This document shows, piece by piece, positions 55,769 through 64,000 of a DNA stretch of 64,000 bases. Below the pieces are notes generated by a model. That model ran no database searches and was not told the origin of the DNA. It saw nothing but the letters and a program-made list of their open reading frames with translations. The stretch is from assembly GCA_964527995.1 (NCBI GenBank), contig CAZGRP010000003.1, positions 9,834-73,833 of the forward strand. The letters run 5' to 3'. A program made the position numbers and the translations under genes. This stretch comes from an uncultured Cytophagia bacterium (GTDB lineage Bacteria > Zhuqueibacterota > Zhuqueibacteria > Oceanimicrobiales > CAZGRP01). Position 1 is the first letter of the stretch; each line of letters begins with the position of its first letter.

Positions 55769-58700
55769 TCACTTGATCACCGCGAACCGGCCCACCTTCT
55801 CGCCGATACCCGGGGCCTCGATATGGTAGATATAGATGCCATAGGAGACCGCCAGGTTGTCGCGCGACAGCAGGTCCCACTCGGCCGTGCCGTCGTCGAG
55901 CGGACTGTCATGTTCGATCACGTCCACGAGTTCGCCGTTCACCGTGTAGATGCGGATCGTGCATTTCTTTGGCAGGTGATTGAAGTGAATGGACCTCGGA
56001 CCGCGTCCTGAGGTGAATGGGTTGCGCGGCTCCCAGATGGCCGCTGCCACATACGGATTCGGAACGACCTTGATACGGTCGAGCTGGTTTTTCGCCTGTT
56101 GGGTATCTACATGAGCCTCGCGGGCCGTGAACTGGAACACGTCCTGCGACAGGAACGGCTTGCGCAGCAGGATATCCACCTGGTCACCGCCACTCGGATC
56201 GGCCGTGGTCGAGTCGAAGACGAGCTTGAATTGCCAGGTCACCACCAGCGAATCCTGGGCATCGGGTTCCAGGAAGATGACGATGTCCGACTCCTTCTGA
56301 TTCGACGTCATTCGGCCATCGCTGCCGTCGAGTTCCCAGAAAGCGAACTGCACATCCCGCTTCTCGGTGAGGTTCTCGACACGGAAGTTGACGTCCTTGG
56401 CCGGCAAAGTCGGGCCGAAGCGGATGGGCAACTCAACCGATGTACCGGTACCGACGTCGCCGAATGTGATGCGATAGTCGGACGGCCGCGGTGTCCCTTT
56501 CAGGAAAAGGAACCGGAAGGGGCTGAACACGAAATCGTGGATGCCCTCACGGTTCCAGCCGGAGCGCGCCCGATCGAGCTCGACGCGCTGTTCGTTGAAT
56601 AGCCGCAATTGGAATCCATCGACGATGGGCTGCTCATCGTCAGGGTCGAGCCTGGTGCTGCGGAAAATGAGCGTGTCAACCTTGTCGGTCTGGGTGATGT
56701 CGAACAGGCTCCAGTTCTTGGTCGTCAACGTGTCGTTGGCACCCTGCTGGCCGGCCTTGATCGTGTCCTCGAAGGTGATGCGGTAGATGTGGTTGTCCCG
56801 CACCAGTCGGGGGTCGACGATGTCGTAGGTGATCCGGCCGGTGGTGCTCCCCGAAATGAGATCGACGTCACCCAGGGTCGCCGGAACATACCCTGCCACC
56901 GGGGGATTCGGTGTGACCTCGACCACGTTCGGGCCGAGCTCGACTTCCGTGGAGCCGATGATGGTCTTGATCGACATCGGCGACTCCGACGGAGGGATGT
57001 TGGCCATGACGCTGCCATAGTCGTACGACACCACGGCATAGTAATAAGTCAGGCCGTTGATGACGCTGGTGTCGGTCCATGTGTGGCGCAGCCCGGTATC
57101 GTCGCCGAGGTCGAAACGGGCGCCGTTTACATCCACCGGGTGCAGTCCGGTGATGCCGTCCTTTTTGTCGAACTGGGCGACGGGCACCATGAACACGCCG
57201 ATGCCATTGGCGTCGGTCACCCGGCGCGGGTCCCGAAAAGCCGGGTCAGTGGAGCGGTAGATGCGATATCCTTCGAAATCGTGACCCGGCTGCCCGAGGC
57301 GAAAGAGGAAGCGGTCGAACGACTCTTCGGCGCGGGTATCCCAGTAGAGGGTGACTTTGCCGTCACCCGGCACCGCCGTGACGATGGGAGGCACCGGTGC
57401 CTGGGCGAACTGGTAGTCGGTTTCGTAGGTCAGCTGGGCGACTTCCTTGTTGCGGATCGCATCGTCCTTGTTGACCCCGAGGATCACCGCCATGGAGATG
57501 CGCTCCCGGCGCCCCGCTATCAGAGGGAACACTCCGGAGGAGACGAACAGATCGAAGTCGCCGATGACGTCGAGAATGTTGAAATCGCCGGGTTTCATCA
57601 TCGTGTCCCAGAAGAAGCGGTCGGGACGGGTGCTGAAATTGATCGAACCAGCTTCCAGGTACTGGACGTTGGTGAGCCCGATCTGATCGGATTCCGAAAT
57701 GTCGGTCTTGTCGATGTTGGGTTCGCCTGGAAAAGCAGTGCCTGCTCCGGTCGTCGGCACACCGTCGCCTTCGCCGGGATCGCCCGTTTCCGGTACGCCG
57801 TCGAGGCCGACATCGTCCTGGAGCGGGTCCCAGTCGCCATCGTTGTCGATACCGTCGTCGCGGCGCTCGTCGATCATCTCATCGATACCCTCGTCGATCC
57901 CCTCGTCCACTGCGCCGTTGCCGTCGTTGTCGATGCCATCGGCGTATTTCCTGCCCAGATCCTCCTGGCCCAGGTCGACGAGCACAGCCACCGTGTCGCC
58001 GCGGCTGTCGGTCACGAAGAAACGCCGCCAGCGGTCTGCGGCCGCAGCGTCGATCATCTGCTGCGTCACCGTGGGACTATCGGCCTCGCCGTTGTCGTTG
58101 TTGTCGATGCCGTCGGCGAATTTTTGGCCGATGTCTTCGGGTCCCTCGTCATAGAGGTAGTTGCCGTTGTCGTCCTTGGCGTTGGCGCTGACCTCTCCTT
58201 GAAGCATGGTGTCCGTGACCTCCGGGCTTCCCGGCTCACCGTCGCCGTTGTTGTCGATGCGGTCACGGAAGCCGACACCGGCCTGATTTCCGAAGGGGAC
58301 CTGCGACATGTTCTCGTCGATCAGCCCATTGCCGTTGTTGTCGATCTGATCGGTGGGGTCCTCGCCTTCCAGCATCGATTCGAGCACCTTCGGGCTTCCA
58401 GGTTCTCCATCGCCGTCGTTGTCGATGCCGTCGACAGCGTTGCCAGGCGTCTCCAAGAAGGCGGTGGCGGCCACGCCGACCGGCTGGCTGCCAAAAGCGG
58501 CGTTCCCGCGGCCGTCTCGATCGAGCGACCAGGCCACGTCGAGCAGCAGATCGAACTCCGGGTGGTCGTCCTGGGAATCGCCGTCGCCGCCCACCAGATC
58601 GGCCAGCCAGAGGGTGAAGGCTGCTTTCTGGTAGTCCGTCGTTCCGTCGTTTTTGATGTCCTGCAGAATGAAGACCACATCATTGATGAGGATCTGAGAC

Positions 58701-59350
58701 CACTCGAGCACGCGGAAATCAACCAGCAGGCCGAGGCCACGCCGGGACCGGTCCGTGGAGTCGGGGAAGAAGTTGTAGCGGTCGTAACGGTCGTCGGAGG
58801 TGCGGAAAAAGATCTCCTGGTCGGCATTGAAGACGTTCTTGCCGAAAAAGCCGTTCCAGCTTCCGGCCCAGCCCGGATCGATCGGGTCATCCAGCTTGTC
58901 CGGCCACTCCGGAGGCCAGCTCGATGGGTCGTCGCTGATGGCGATCTTCTTTGAAGTCGGGTTCAGGTATCCGGGCACCGGCTCCATGTTCCACGTCCGG
59001 CCATCGGGACTGGAGCGGAAGGTGGGCACGTCCACGATCTGGATCGTCTGGCCCGACTCGTCCCTGGTCTCCGCGCCGATGAAGATGCCGGTCAAGGCGA
59101 TGTAGTCCTGCCCGGTGTTTTTCGGCCACTCGTAGGGGATCTCGCCCGGCACCACGCCGGTGCGTCCCGTCAACCCGAAGTTGAAAATTGTGGTGCGGAC
59201 CAGGTTGGCGTCGATGTTGGTTTTGCGCCGAAACCGCGGGTCACCCCGCTCTTTGCTGGGAGTGTGCCCGCGCTGCTGGGCCAACCCAGTCTGCGCCAGC
59301 ATCGTGATGGCGGCGACCAGTGTCCAGATGGAAGATCGTCGGATCAGCAT
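55769..59350 (-). CDS. Large secreted protein with thrombospondin type-3-like calcium-binding repeats and a Por-type C-terminal sorting domain.
   Basis: 1193 aa. Signal MLIRRSSIWTLVAAITMLAQTGLAQQ. Repeated DGIDNDGDGEPGSP / DGIDNNDNGEADSP / DGIDNDGNGAVDEGIDEGIDEMIDERRDDGIDNDGDWDP units. C-terminal sorting domain ...RIKVVPNPYVAAAIWEP...CTIRIYTVNGELVDVIEHD...WDLLSRDNLAVSYGIYIYHIEAPGIGEKVGRFAVIK. Only one Cys in the protein. Confidence 0.75.
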   Translation of the reverse strand: MLIRRSSIWTLVAAITMLAQTGLAQQRGHTPSKERGDPRFRRKTNIDANLVRTTIFNFGLTGRTGVVPGEIPYEWPKNTGQDYIALTGIFIGAETRDESGQTIQIVDVPTFRSSPDGRTWNMEPVPGYLNPTSKKIAISDDPSSWPPEWPDKLDDPIDPGWAGSWNGFFGKNVFNADQEIFFRTSDDRYDRYNFFPDSTDRSRRGLGLLVDFRVLEWSQILINDVVFILQDIKNDGTTDYQKAAFTLWLADLVGGDGDSQDDHPEFDLLLDVAWSLDRDGRGNAAFGSQPVGVAATAFLETPGNAVDGIDNDGDGEPGSPKVLESMLEGEDPTDQIDNNGNGLIDENMSQVPFGNQAGVGFRDRIDNNGDGEPGSPEVTDTMLQGEVSANAKDDNGNYLYDEGPEDIGQKFADGIDNNDNGEADSPTVTQQMIDAAAADRWRRFFVTDSRGDTVAVLVDLGQEDLGRKYADGIDNDGNGAVDEGIDEGIDEMIDERRDDGIDNDGDWDPLQDDVGLDGVPETGDPGEGDGVPTTGAGTAFPGEPNIDKTDISESDQIGLTNVQYLEAGSINFSTRPDRFFWDTMMKPGDFNILDVIGDFDLFVSSGVFPLIAGRRERISMAVILGVNKDDAIRNKEVAQLTYETDYQFAQAPVPPIVTAVPGDGKVTLYWDTRAEESFDRFLFRLGQPGHDFEGYRIYRSTDPAFRDPRRVTDANGIGVFMVPVAQFDKKDGITGLHPVDVNGARFDLGDDTGLRHTWTDTSVINGLTYYYAVVSYDYGSVMANIPPSESPMSIKTIIGSTEVELGPNVVEVTPNPPVAGYVPATLGDVDLISGSTTGRITYDIVDPRLVRDNHIYRITFEDTIKAGQQGANDTLTTKNWSLFDITQTDKVDTLIFRSTRLDPDDEQPIVDGFQLRLFNEQRVELDRARSGWNREGIHDFVFSPFRFLFLKGTPRPSDYRITFGDVGTGTSVELPIRFGPTLPAKDVNFRVENLTEKRDVQFAFWELDGSDGRMTSNQKESDIVIFLEPDAQDSLVVTWQFKLVFDSTTADPSGGDQVDILLRKPFLSQDVFQFTAREAHVDTQQAKNQLDRIKVVPNPYVAAAIWEPRNPFTSGRGPRSIHFNHLPKKCTIRIYTVNGELVDVIEHDSPLDDGTAEWDLLSRDNLAVSYGIYIYHIEAPGIGEKVGRFAVIK
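57790..58450. repeat. Tandem coding repeats encoding the TSP3-like Dx[DN]xDG calcium-binding units.
   Basis: Repeated GGCATCGACAACAACGGCGA-like stretches. Protein-level repeats as listed for the host gene. Confidence 0.6.
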
Positions 59351-59359
59351 GTCAACTCC

Positions 59360-62068
59360 TTAGAAACGAATCTGCACTCCGAGCTGCACCTCCCGGGGCT
59401 CGGAGTAGAAGTCAGGTCGAACAAAGAAACCAGGGTCGTGCGGCAACGACTCGCGCAGCGTCTTGCGGGCCGTGCCGGTATCCGCAAACACGTTCAGCTG
59501 GTTCTTCTGATCGAACACGTTGAACACATTGGCGAAGAACGTCCACCGCAGCTTGGCAAAGCGCAGCGCCCTGAACAGCTTGAGATCAAACGTGTAGGTC
59601 ACCGGCTTGCGACGGCTGTTCTTAAGGAGGGCATTGCTCAGGTTCTGACCCTGGCGGCTGGCAAAGCCGATGTCGGGGGTGTACGGCAGGCCGCTGCCAT
59701 AGCGGCTGAGAATGCTGATGCCCCAGTCGGCGGTGCCGAAGTTGAAATAGGCATTGACGGTATGACGCTGATCCCAACCCAGCGGAATGATCTGCCGGGT
59801 CGGCTCGCTGTTGCCCTGCAGGGCGAAGAACTCCTCGTTCGGATCGGAATTGCTACCCTCGGCCACCTGGAATGTGTAGGAAACATTGAAGGCAAGAAGG
59901 CCGGTGCGGCGCTGATCAATGGTCAGCGTCACTCCACGAACGTTGGCGTAGTCGCGGTTGATGTAGCGCACGTAGGATATGCCGGCGATCGCCGTCTCGA
60001 TAGGCGTGCTCGTAGACACCCAATCGCGAACGTCGCGGTAGAACCCGGTGACATCAATGCCGATGTTCTGGAAAAGCTGCTGTTGCAGCCCGAGTTCGTA
60101 CATCACCGTTTTCTGCGGCTCCAGATCCGCATTGCCGAAAACGCCCTGCAGTCCACCGGCCTCGTTGACTTTGAACCCGGGCTTGTTGTAGAGAAACAGA
60201 AACGATGGGATCTGCAGGAAGTGGCCGTACGAGAAGTGGATGACGCCGCGGTCCGTGATCGGGTAGGCCACGCCAAAACGCGGGCTCAGACGCGATTTCG
60301 GGCTGGCGGCCTTGTACCAGATCTTCTGGCGCTGGGCCAGCGGCAGTTCCGCATGCTCCGGCTTGAACGGGTTGTAGACATTGGGGTCGCTGGGATCGGC
60401 AAGCACGCGGCCGCGGGAGTCGAAGTAGTCGAAGCGCAGGCCGACGTTGACGATCATGTTCTGCAGCTCGATCTTGTCCTGCAAGTAGGCCGAAACCTCG
60501 ATGGGGCGCTCCCGGTAGCGGTCATGATTCAGTTCGGAGATGTCGGGGACCTGCGGCCGGAACGGGGTTACCGGCTGCCCTGTCTGCGGATCGGTTTTCG
60601 GCACCAGGTTGATTTCATCGAGGAACAGCTTATGACGGCGAAACTCAAATCCCATCTTGAGCTGGTGAGAGAGCGTCACCTGGCTGGTGAGGTCCAGTTT
60701 CGCCAGCAGGGTGGTCGTGTTACGCTCGAAGCGATGAAGGTTTGTGCCTCCCTTGATGAATTCGTTGGGTCCCCGGCTGAACTGGGGATCATTGATGTTC
60801 ACGTAGCGCGAATCGAGCGGGTCCTTGAAGGCCCGCTCCTTGAATCCCGAAAAGAATCGGGCCACGTTGAGCGTGTAGAAGGTTCTTTGGCTCAGTGCGT
60901 GGGTCCACAACAGGGTGAGGTTCAGACCGCGATCGAACTTGGTGACATCGCCGTCGGGGTCGAGGCGAAAGCCGTGGTTGTAGTCGCGAAAATCGACCTT
61001 GCTGGCAAGAGAGCCCAGGTTCAGTTTCATTGAAGGGTTGAGGCGGTAGGTGAGCTTGACCTGGCCGGAAAGGCGTTTGCGCCAGTTCATCGGCACAGGG
61101 GAGTCATCGCCCGGCGTACCCGGAGGCAGAAACTTCCGCTGGCCGTAGAGCCAGCCGTCGGTGTTGTAGTACCTCGTTGTCCCGAAAAAGGACCACTTCC
61201 GCCCCAGTCCTGGAACCGGGCCGCTCAGGCTCCCCTGAATGTTGTGGTTTGCCACGGGATCGATGTCGTCAATGTTGTAGAAGAGGTTGTCGTGCGAACT
61301 CAGGTAGTCGCCGGTGTACAGATTGAGATTCCCCTCAAATCGTTCGCCTCCTTCCTTGGTCACGATATTCACGATGCCCGACATCGCCTGGCCATACTCG
61401 GCGTTGAACGTGCCGCTGATGACCTGAAGCTCCTGGATCGACTCATTTTCGACCTGAACGGAGAGGGAATTGTCGTAGACGTCCGAGACCGGCACGCCAT
61501 CGATCCAATAGGCGATCTCGCTGGTGCGGCCGCCGCGGATGTGGATGCCACCGCCGGGATCAACCGTGATGCCCGCCTGGATGTTGAGCACCTCGCTGAA
61601 TTCCTGCACCGGGAGCCTGGCTATCCGCTCGGCGCTGACATTGGCCTGCACCGAAGTGAGGTCCTTGCGGACGATGGGCTGCTCGGCGACCACCACGAGC
61701 TCCTGGCCAAGCTCAAGGACCTCTGGCTGCAGAGCAAAATCGATTCGCGTGGTCAGGTCGATCGAGACCTGTACGTTGGTGAGGCTCTTCTTGGCATAGC
61801 CGATCATCGACGCCGTCAGCGTGTAGGTTCCCGGGGGCACGTTAAGAATGAGATAGCGGCCGGTTAGATCGGTGGCGGCGCCCATGGTGGTGCCCTCGAT
61901 CAGCACATTCACGCCCGGAAGTGGATCGCCTGTCTTCGCATCCGTCACCTTTCCGACGATTTTCCCGGTTGTTCCTGCAAGCAGGGTCCACGGCATGGCC
62001 ATGATGGCCACCAGCAGTACCACCCCGGTCAGAATTCTGAACCCAGGGGCTCTCATAAGTCGCTCCAT
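59360..62068 (-). CDS. TonB-dependent receptor family outer-membrane protein (CarboxypepD_reg, plug, 22-strand barrel).
   Basis: Start MERLMRAPGFRILTGVVLLVAIMA (ATG 62068). N-terminal GKIVGKVTDAKTGDPLPGVNVLIEGT (carboxypeptidase-regulatory-like). Plug motif ...GGGIHIRGGRTSEIAYWIDGVPV.... C-terminal aromatic ...GVQIRF. Confidence 0.8.
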   Translation of the reverse strand: MERLMRAPGFRILTGVVLLVAIMAMPWTLLAGTTGKIVGKVTDAKTGDPLPGVNVLIEGTTMGAATDLTGRYLILNVPPGTYTLTASMIGYAKKSLTNVQVSIDLTTRIDFALQPEVLELGQELVVVAEQPIVRKDLTSVQANVSAERIARLPVQEFSEVLNIQAGITVDPGGGIHIRGGRTSEIAYWIDGVPVSDVYDNSLSVQVENESIQELQVISGTFNAEYGQAMSGIVNIVTKEGGERFEGNLNLYTGDYLSSHDNLFYNIDDIDPVANHNIQGSLSGPVPGLGRKWSFFGTTRYYNTDGWLYGQRKFLPPGTPGDDSPVPMNWRKRLSGQVKLTYRLNPSMKLNLGSLASKVDFRDYNHGFRLDPDGDVTKFDRGLNLTLLWTHALSQRTFYTLNVARFFSGFKERAFKDPLDSRYVNINDPQFSRGPNEFIKGGTNLHRFERNTTTLLAKLDLTSQVTLSHQLKMGFEFRRHKLFLDEINLVPKTDPQTGQPVTPFRPQVPDISELNHDRYRERPIEVSAYLQDKIELQNMIVNVGLRFDYFDSRGRVLADPSDPNVYNPFKPEHAELPLAQRQKIWYKAASPKSRLSPRFGVAYPITDRGVIHFSYGHFLQIPSFLFLYNKPGFKVNEAGGLQGVFGNADLEPQKTVMYELGLQQQLFQNIGIDVTGFYRDVRDWVSTSTPIETAIAGISYVRYINRDYANVRGVTLTIDQRRTGLLAFNVSYTFQVAEGSNSDPNEEFFALQGNSEPTRQIIPLGWDQRHTVNAYFNFGTADWGISILSRYGSGLPYTPDIGFASRQGQNLSNALLKNSRRKPVTYTFDLKLFRALRFAKLRWTFFANVFNVFDQKNQLNVFADTGTARKTLRESLPHDPGFFVRPDFYSEPREVQLGVQIRF

Positions 62069-62084
62069 AGCTGTTCGCTCGATT

Positions 62085-63824
62085 TCAGGGTGAAGCCTTG
62101 ATAGACAGATCAGCGAGGCGTTTCCGATCCACACTCACCCCAATTTGTTTCTTCTTCGCTTCCAGGTACTCCTGCACGGCTTGCCGCTGTCGCTCCCACA
62201 GATGCTCCTGTTCGATCTCAGCCCTGGCCTCGGCAAAGCTCTTCCGGCGCGGCGGCCGCCTGCCAATCACCTGCATGATGGAAACGTACTTACCGACTTG
62301 CAGCGGCCCGACAAACTCCCCGACGCGGGCGGAAAAGACTTGGCCGGCGAACATGCCGTAGCGCCCCCTCGGGGCGAAACCGAGTTCACCACCACGTTCC
62401 GCCGCCCATTGCCGCAGGCTGTATCTGCGCGCCAGATCGGCGAAATCCTCTCCCGCGCGCGCCCGATCCAGCAGTTCCTGCGCCTTCTGCTTCGATTCGA
62501 CCAGGATCTCCCGCACATTCACCTCTTCCGGCACGACGTAGCGGTCCGGGTTGGCCTCATAGTCGGCGCGCAGCACCGAGTCGGGCACGAACGCCCGGCC
62601 GGCAATCACCTCCTTCATGCGGCGGAGGGTCAAGTTTCTGATCTCGCGGGCGATCAGATCCCGGGTATCGGCGCGGCGCTGAATGCCGCGCCGCCGGGCA
62701 TCCCGCAGCAGGTAGTGCCGGACAACCAGGCCGCGAATAAACTTCTGCAGATCTTCACGCGAGCGCACGCGATGCTGCTGCCTCTTGGAGGTCCAGCGCG
62801 CCTGTTCGAGGAATTCCGCCACGGTCCAGGCGCCGCCCTGGAAGAGAACCAGCGGCTTGTCGAGCACGGCCGCCAGGATGCCGGCGTAGTCCAGTGACGG
62901 AATTTCCGAGGTCACCGACGTCTTGAGACTGTCGGCTGCCGCTGCAATACGATCGGCCATGGTGTTCAGGACGGGTTCGTTGAACCGGATGTCCAGCCGA
63001 TCTGCGATCTCTTGGGTGAACCGCTTCGCCTCTTTGATCTCTTTTTGCCAGCGGACGTAAGCAGCGATTTTTTTCTTGCGCCGCTGAAACTGCCACTCGC
63101 TGAGGATCGGCTTCCGCACCCGGTTCTCGACTTTAATGATGCTGTACCCCTCCTGCGTCTTCACGGGATCGGATATGGTGCCGATGGGAAGGGTGAAAGC
63201 GGCGTCCTCGAAAGCCGGGTCCATGTCGCCCAGGGTGAAGGTCCCTACCAGGCCGCCGTTGGCAGCAAGCGTGGAGTCGTGGAAGGTGGTCGCAGCGAGG
63301 TCTTCGAATGAAGCGCCGCTCTTCAGCAGCTCCGACAAGCGCTGCGCTTCATCCTTGGTTCTGGCATAGAGATGCCGCGCCGTCACCCGTGTGTTGAGGC
63401 GGACGTACGCCCGGCGTACCTCCTGCTCGGTCACCTTGACGCGCGCAAACACCTCCAACTTGCGATATTGATCGAGAAGCACCTGCTCCTCGATCGCCTT
63501 CGCTTCCTCCCGGAAGGAAGGCTGCTGCTGCAGGCCTTCCTCCCTGGCGCCGGAGAGAAGCAACTCCTCATCGACCAATTCCTGCAACACGCGCTGGCGC
63601 GCAAGCAGGTTGTCACGCATCGAGGTCTTGCGCAGCAGCGTGGCGTAGCGCTGGCGGAAGGCCTGCTCTGTAACCGCTCGATCACCGACAACTGCCAGAG
63701 CGGGCTCATCGTCCCTGCCGCAACTCGTCAGAATCAAAGCCGCGGCGATCAACATCCCAAGCCGGACAGCCAACCCAGCGCCGCGGAGGTCGTGTCTCAA
63801 GTTCACGACGAGATCACCTTGCAT
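62085..63824 (-). CDS. SurA/PrsA-like periplasmic chaperone with SurA_N region and two parvulin (PpiC) domains. Probable lipoprotein.
   Basis: ...GMLIAAALILTSCG (lipobox). Two PpiC domains (...ARHLYARTKDEAQRLSELLKSGASFEDLA...GGLVGTFTLGDMDPAFEDAAF... and ...VREILVESKQKAQELLDRARAGEDFADLARRYS...GGELGFAPRGRYG...). Stop lies 17 nt upstream of the TonB-dependent receptor start. The ORF could extend to 63896. Confidence 0.75.
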   Translation of the reverse strand: MQGDLVVNLRHDLRGAGLAVRLGMLIAAALILTSCGRDDEPALAVVGDRAVTEQAFRQRYATLLRKTSMRDNLLARQRVLQELVDEELLLSGAREEGLQQQPSFREEAKAIEEQVLLDQYRKLEVFARVKVTEQEVRRAYVRLNTRVTARHLYARTKDEAQRLSELLKSGASFEDLAATTFHDSTLAANGGLVGTFTLGDMDPAFEDAAFTLPIGTISDPVKTQEGYSIIKVENRVRKPILSEWQFQRRKKKIAAYVRWQKEIKEAKRFTQEIADRLDIRFNEPVLNTMADRIAAAADSLKTSVTSEIPSLDYAGILAAVLDKPLVLFQGGAWTVAEFLEQARWTSKRQQHRVRSREDLQKFIRGLVVRHYLLRDARRRGIQRRADTRDLIAREIRNLTLRRMKEVIAGRAFVPDSVLRADYEANPDRYVVPEEVNVREILVESKQKAQELLDRARAGEDFADLARRYSLRQWAAERGGELGFAPRGRYGMFAGQVFSARVGEFVGPLQVGKYVSIMQVIGRRPPRRKSFAEARAEIEQEHLWERQRQAVQEYLEAKKKQIGVSVDRKRLADLSIKASP

Positions 63825-64000
63825 TCGCTTTCTCTGCCCTTTTCGCGCCAGCCTCGCCACCTCCACGGCTTTCCCATGTCGTCCTGCATAGAACACGAAG
63901 GAAAACCGCTGCCTCGAGACAAAAGTGAGCGTTGTGGCCGGAGAACGAACAACCGAAGGTGTGCGCGCAAGGGAACGATCACGATCGAGAGTGACACAGC

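Noticed and set aside
57790-58450. Short tandem DNA repeats that could be mistaken for a CRISPR array (also the 354-bp repeats at 53070..54485).
   Set aside because: They are in-frame coding repeats (TSP3 Ca-binding loops, CBM20-like modules) inside long ORFs. There is no repeat-spacer architecture and no cas genes.
55769-59350. Calling the 1193-aa gene upstream of porV 'porU'.
   Set aside because: It has no Cys/His catalytic pair (a single Cys, in the sorting domain) and no C25-like motifs. Its size and position match PorU but its sequence does not.
1-64000. Mobile elements, integrases, prophage, defence systems (RM, CRISPR-Cas, TA, retrons, STAND/TIR/SIR2).
   Set aside because: No transposase, recombinase, inverted-repeat boundary or nuclease/helicase/RT-type ORF was found in any frame. 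GC content and codon style look uniform across the window.

Overview
This is a high-GC (~60%) bacterial chromosomal window. It is densely coded, and roughly 45 of about 50 genes lie on the minus strand. I found no transposases, integrases, CRISPR arrays, rRNA or tRNA genes. Main content, left to right: (1) two Hanks-type Ser/Thr kinases with TolB-like periplasmic modules; (2) a run of small secreted or membrane enzymes (tandem ABM-like protein, O-methyltransferase, frameshifted ICMT-like remnant, muconolactone-isomerase-like, SnoaL/NTF2-like, cupin+NTF2); (3) a Bacteroidetes-style hybrid two-component sensor with AraC output; (4) housekeeping genes (M28 peptidase, trmI, thiI, aldo/keto reductase, MscS, M14 carboxypeptidase, sodC, amidohydrolase); (5) an exopolysaccharide-type P-loop ATPase pair; (6) a plus-strand operon zf-HC2 anti-sigma-like, Fn3/NHL lipoprotein, BNR propeller lipoprotein, RNase-H-like/TPR; (7) a complex I cluster that holds only the seven membrane-arm genes nuoA-H-J-K-L-M-N, with no nuoB/C/D/I between A and H or H and J; (8) a sigma-54 enhancer-binding protein with a degenerate receiver, followed by a near-consensus sigma-54 promoter driving an HTH_17 protein and an ExeA/GspA-like AAA ATPase; (9) a DUF5989-like micro-protein coupled to a large TM+SGNH-like+TPR protein; (10) a T9SS-type island: SurA-like chaperone, TonB-dependent receptor, 1193-aa TSP3 calcium-repeat cargo, PorV-like channel, four-CBM20-like repeat cargo, CRTAC1/FG-GAP cargo, all three cargos carrying Por-type C-terminal sorting domains. 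T9SS sorting domains in a high-GC genome suggest a non-Bacteroidetes member of the FCB group; that is inference. I could not find a classical defence or mobile system. The most distinctive candidates are the membrane-arm-only nuo cluster, the sigma-54/HTH_17/ExeA module, the DUF5989 operon and the porV-centred cargo island. All domain calls rest on motifs read from the translations, with no database searches run.
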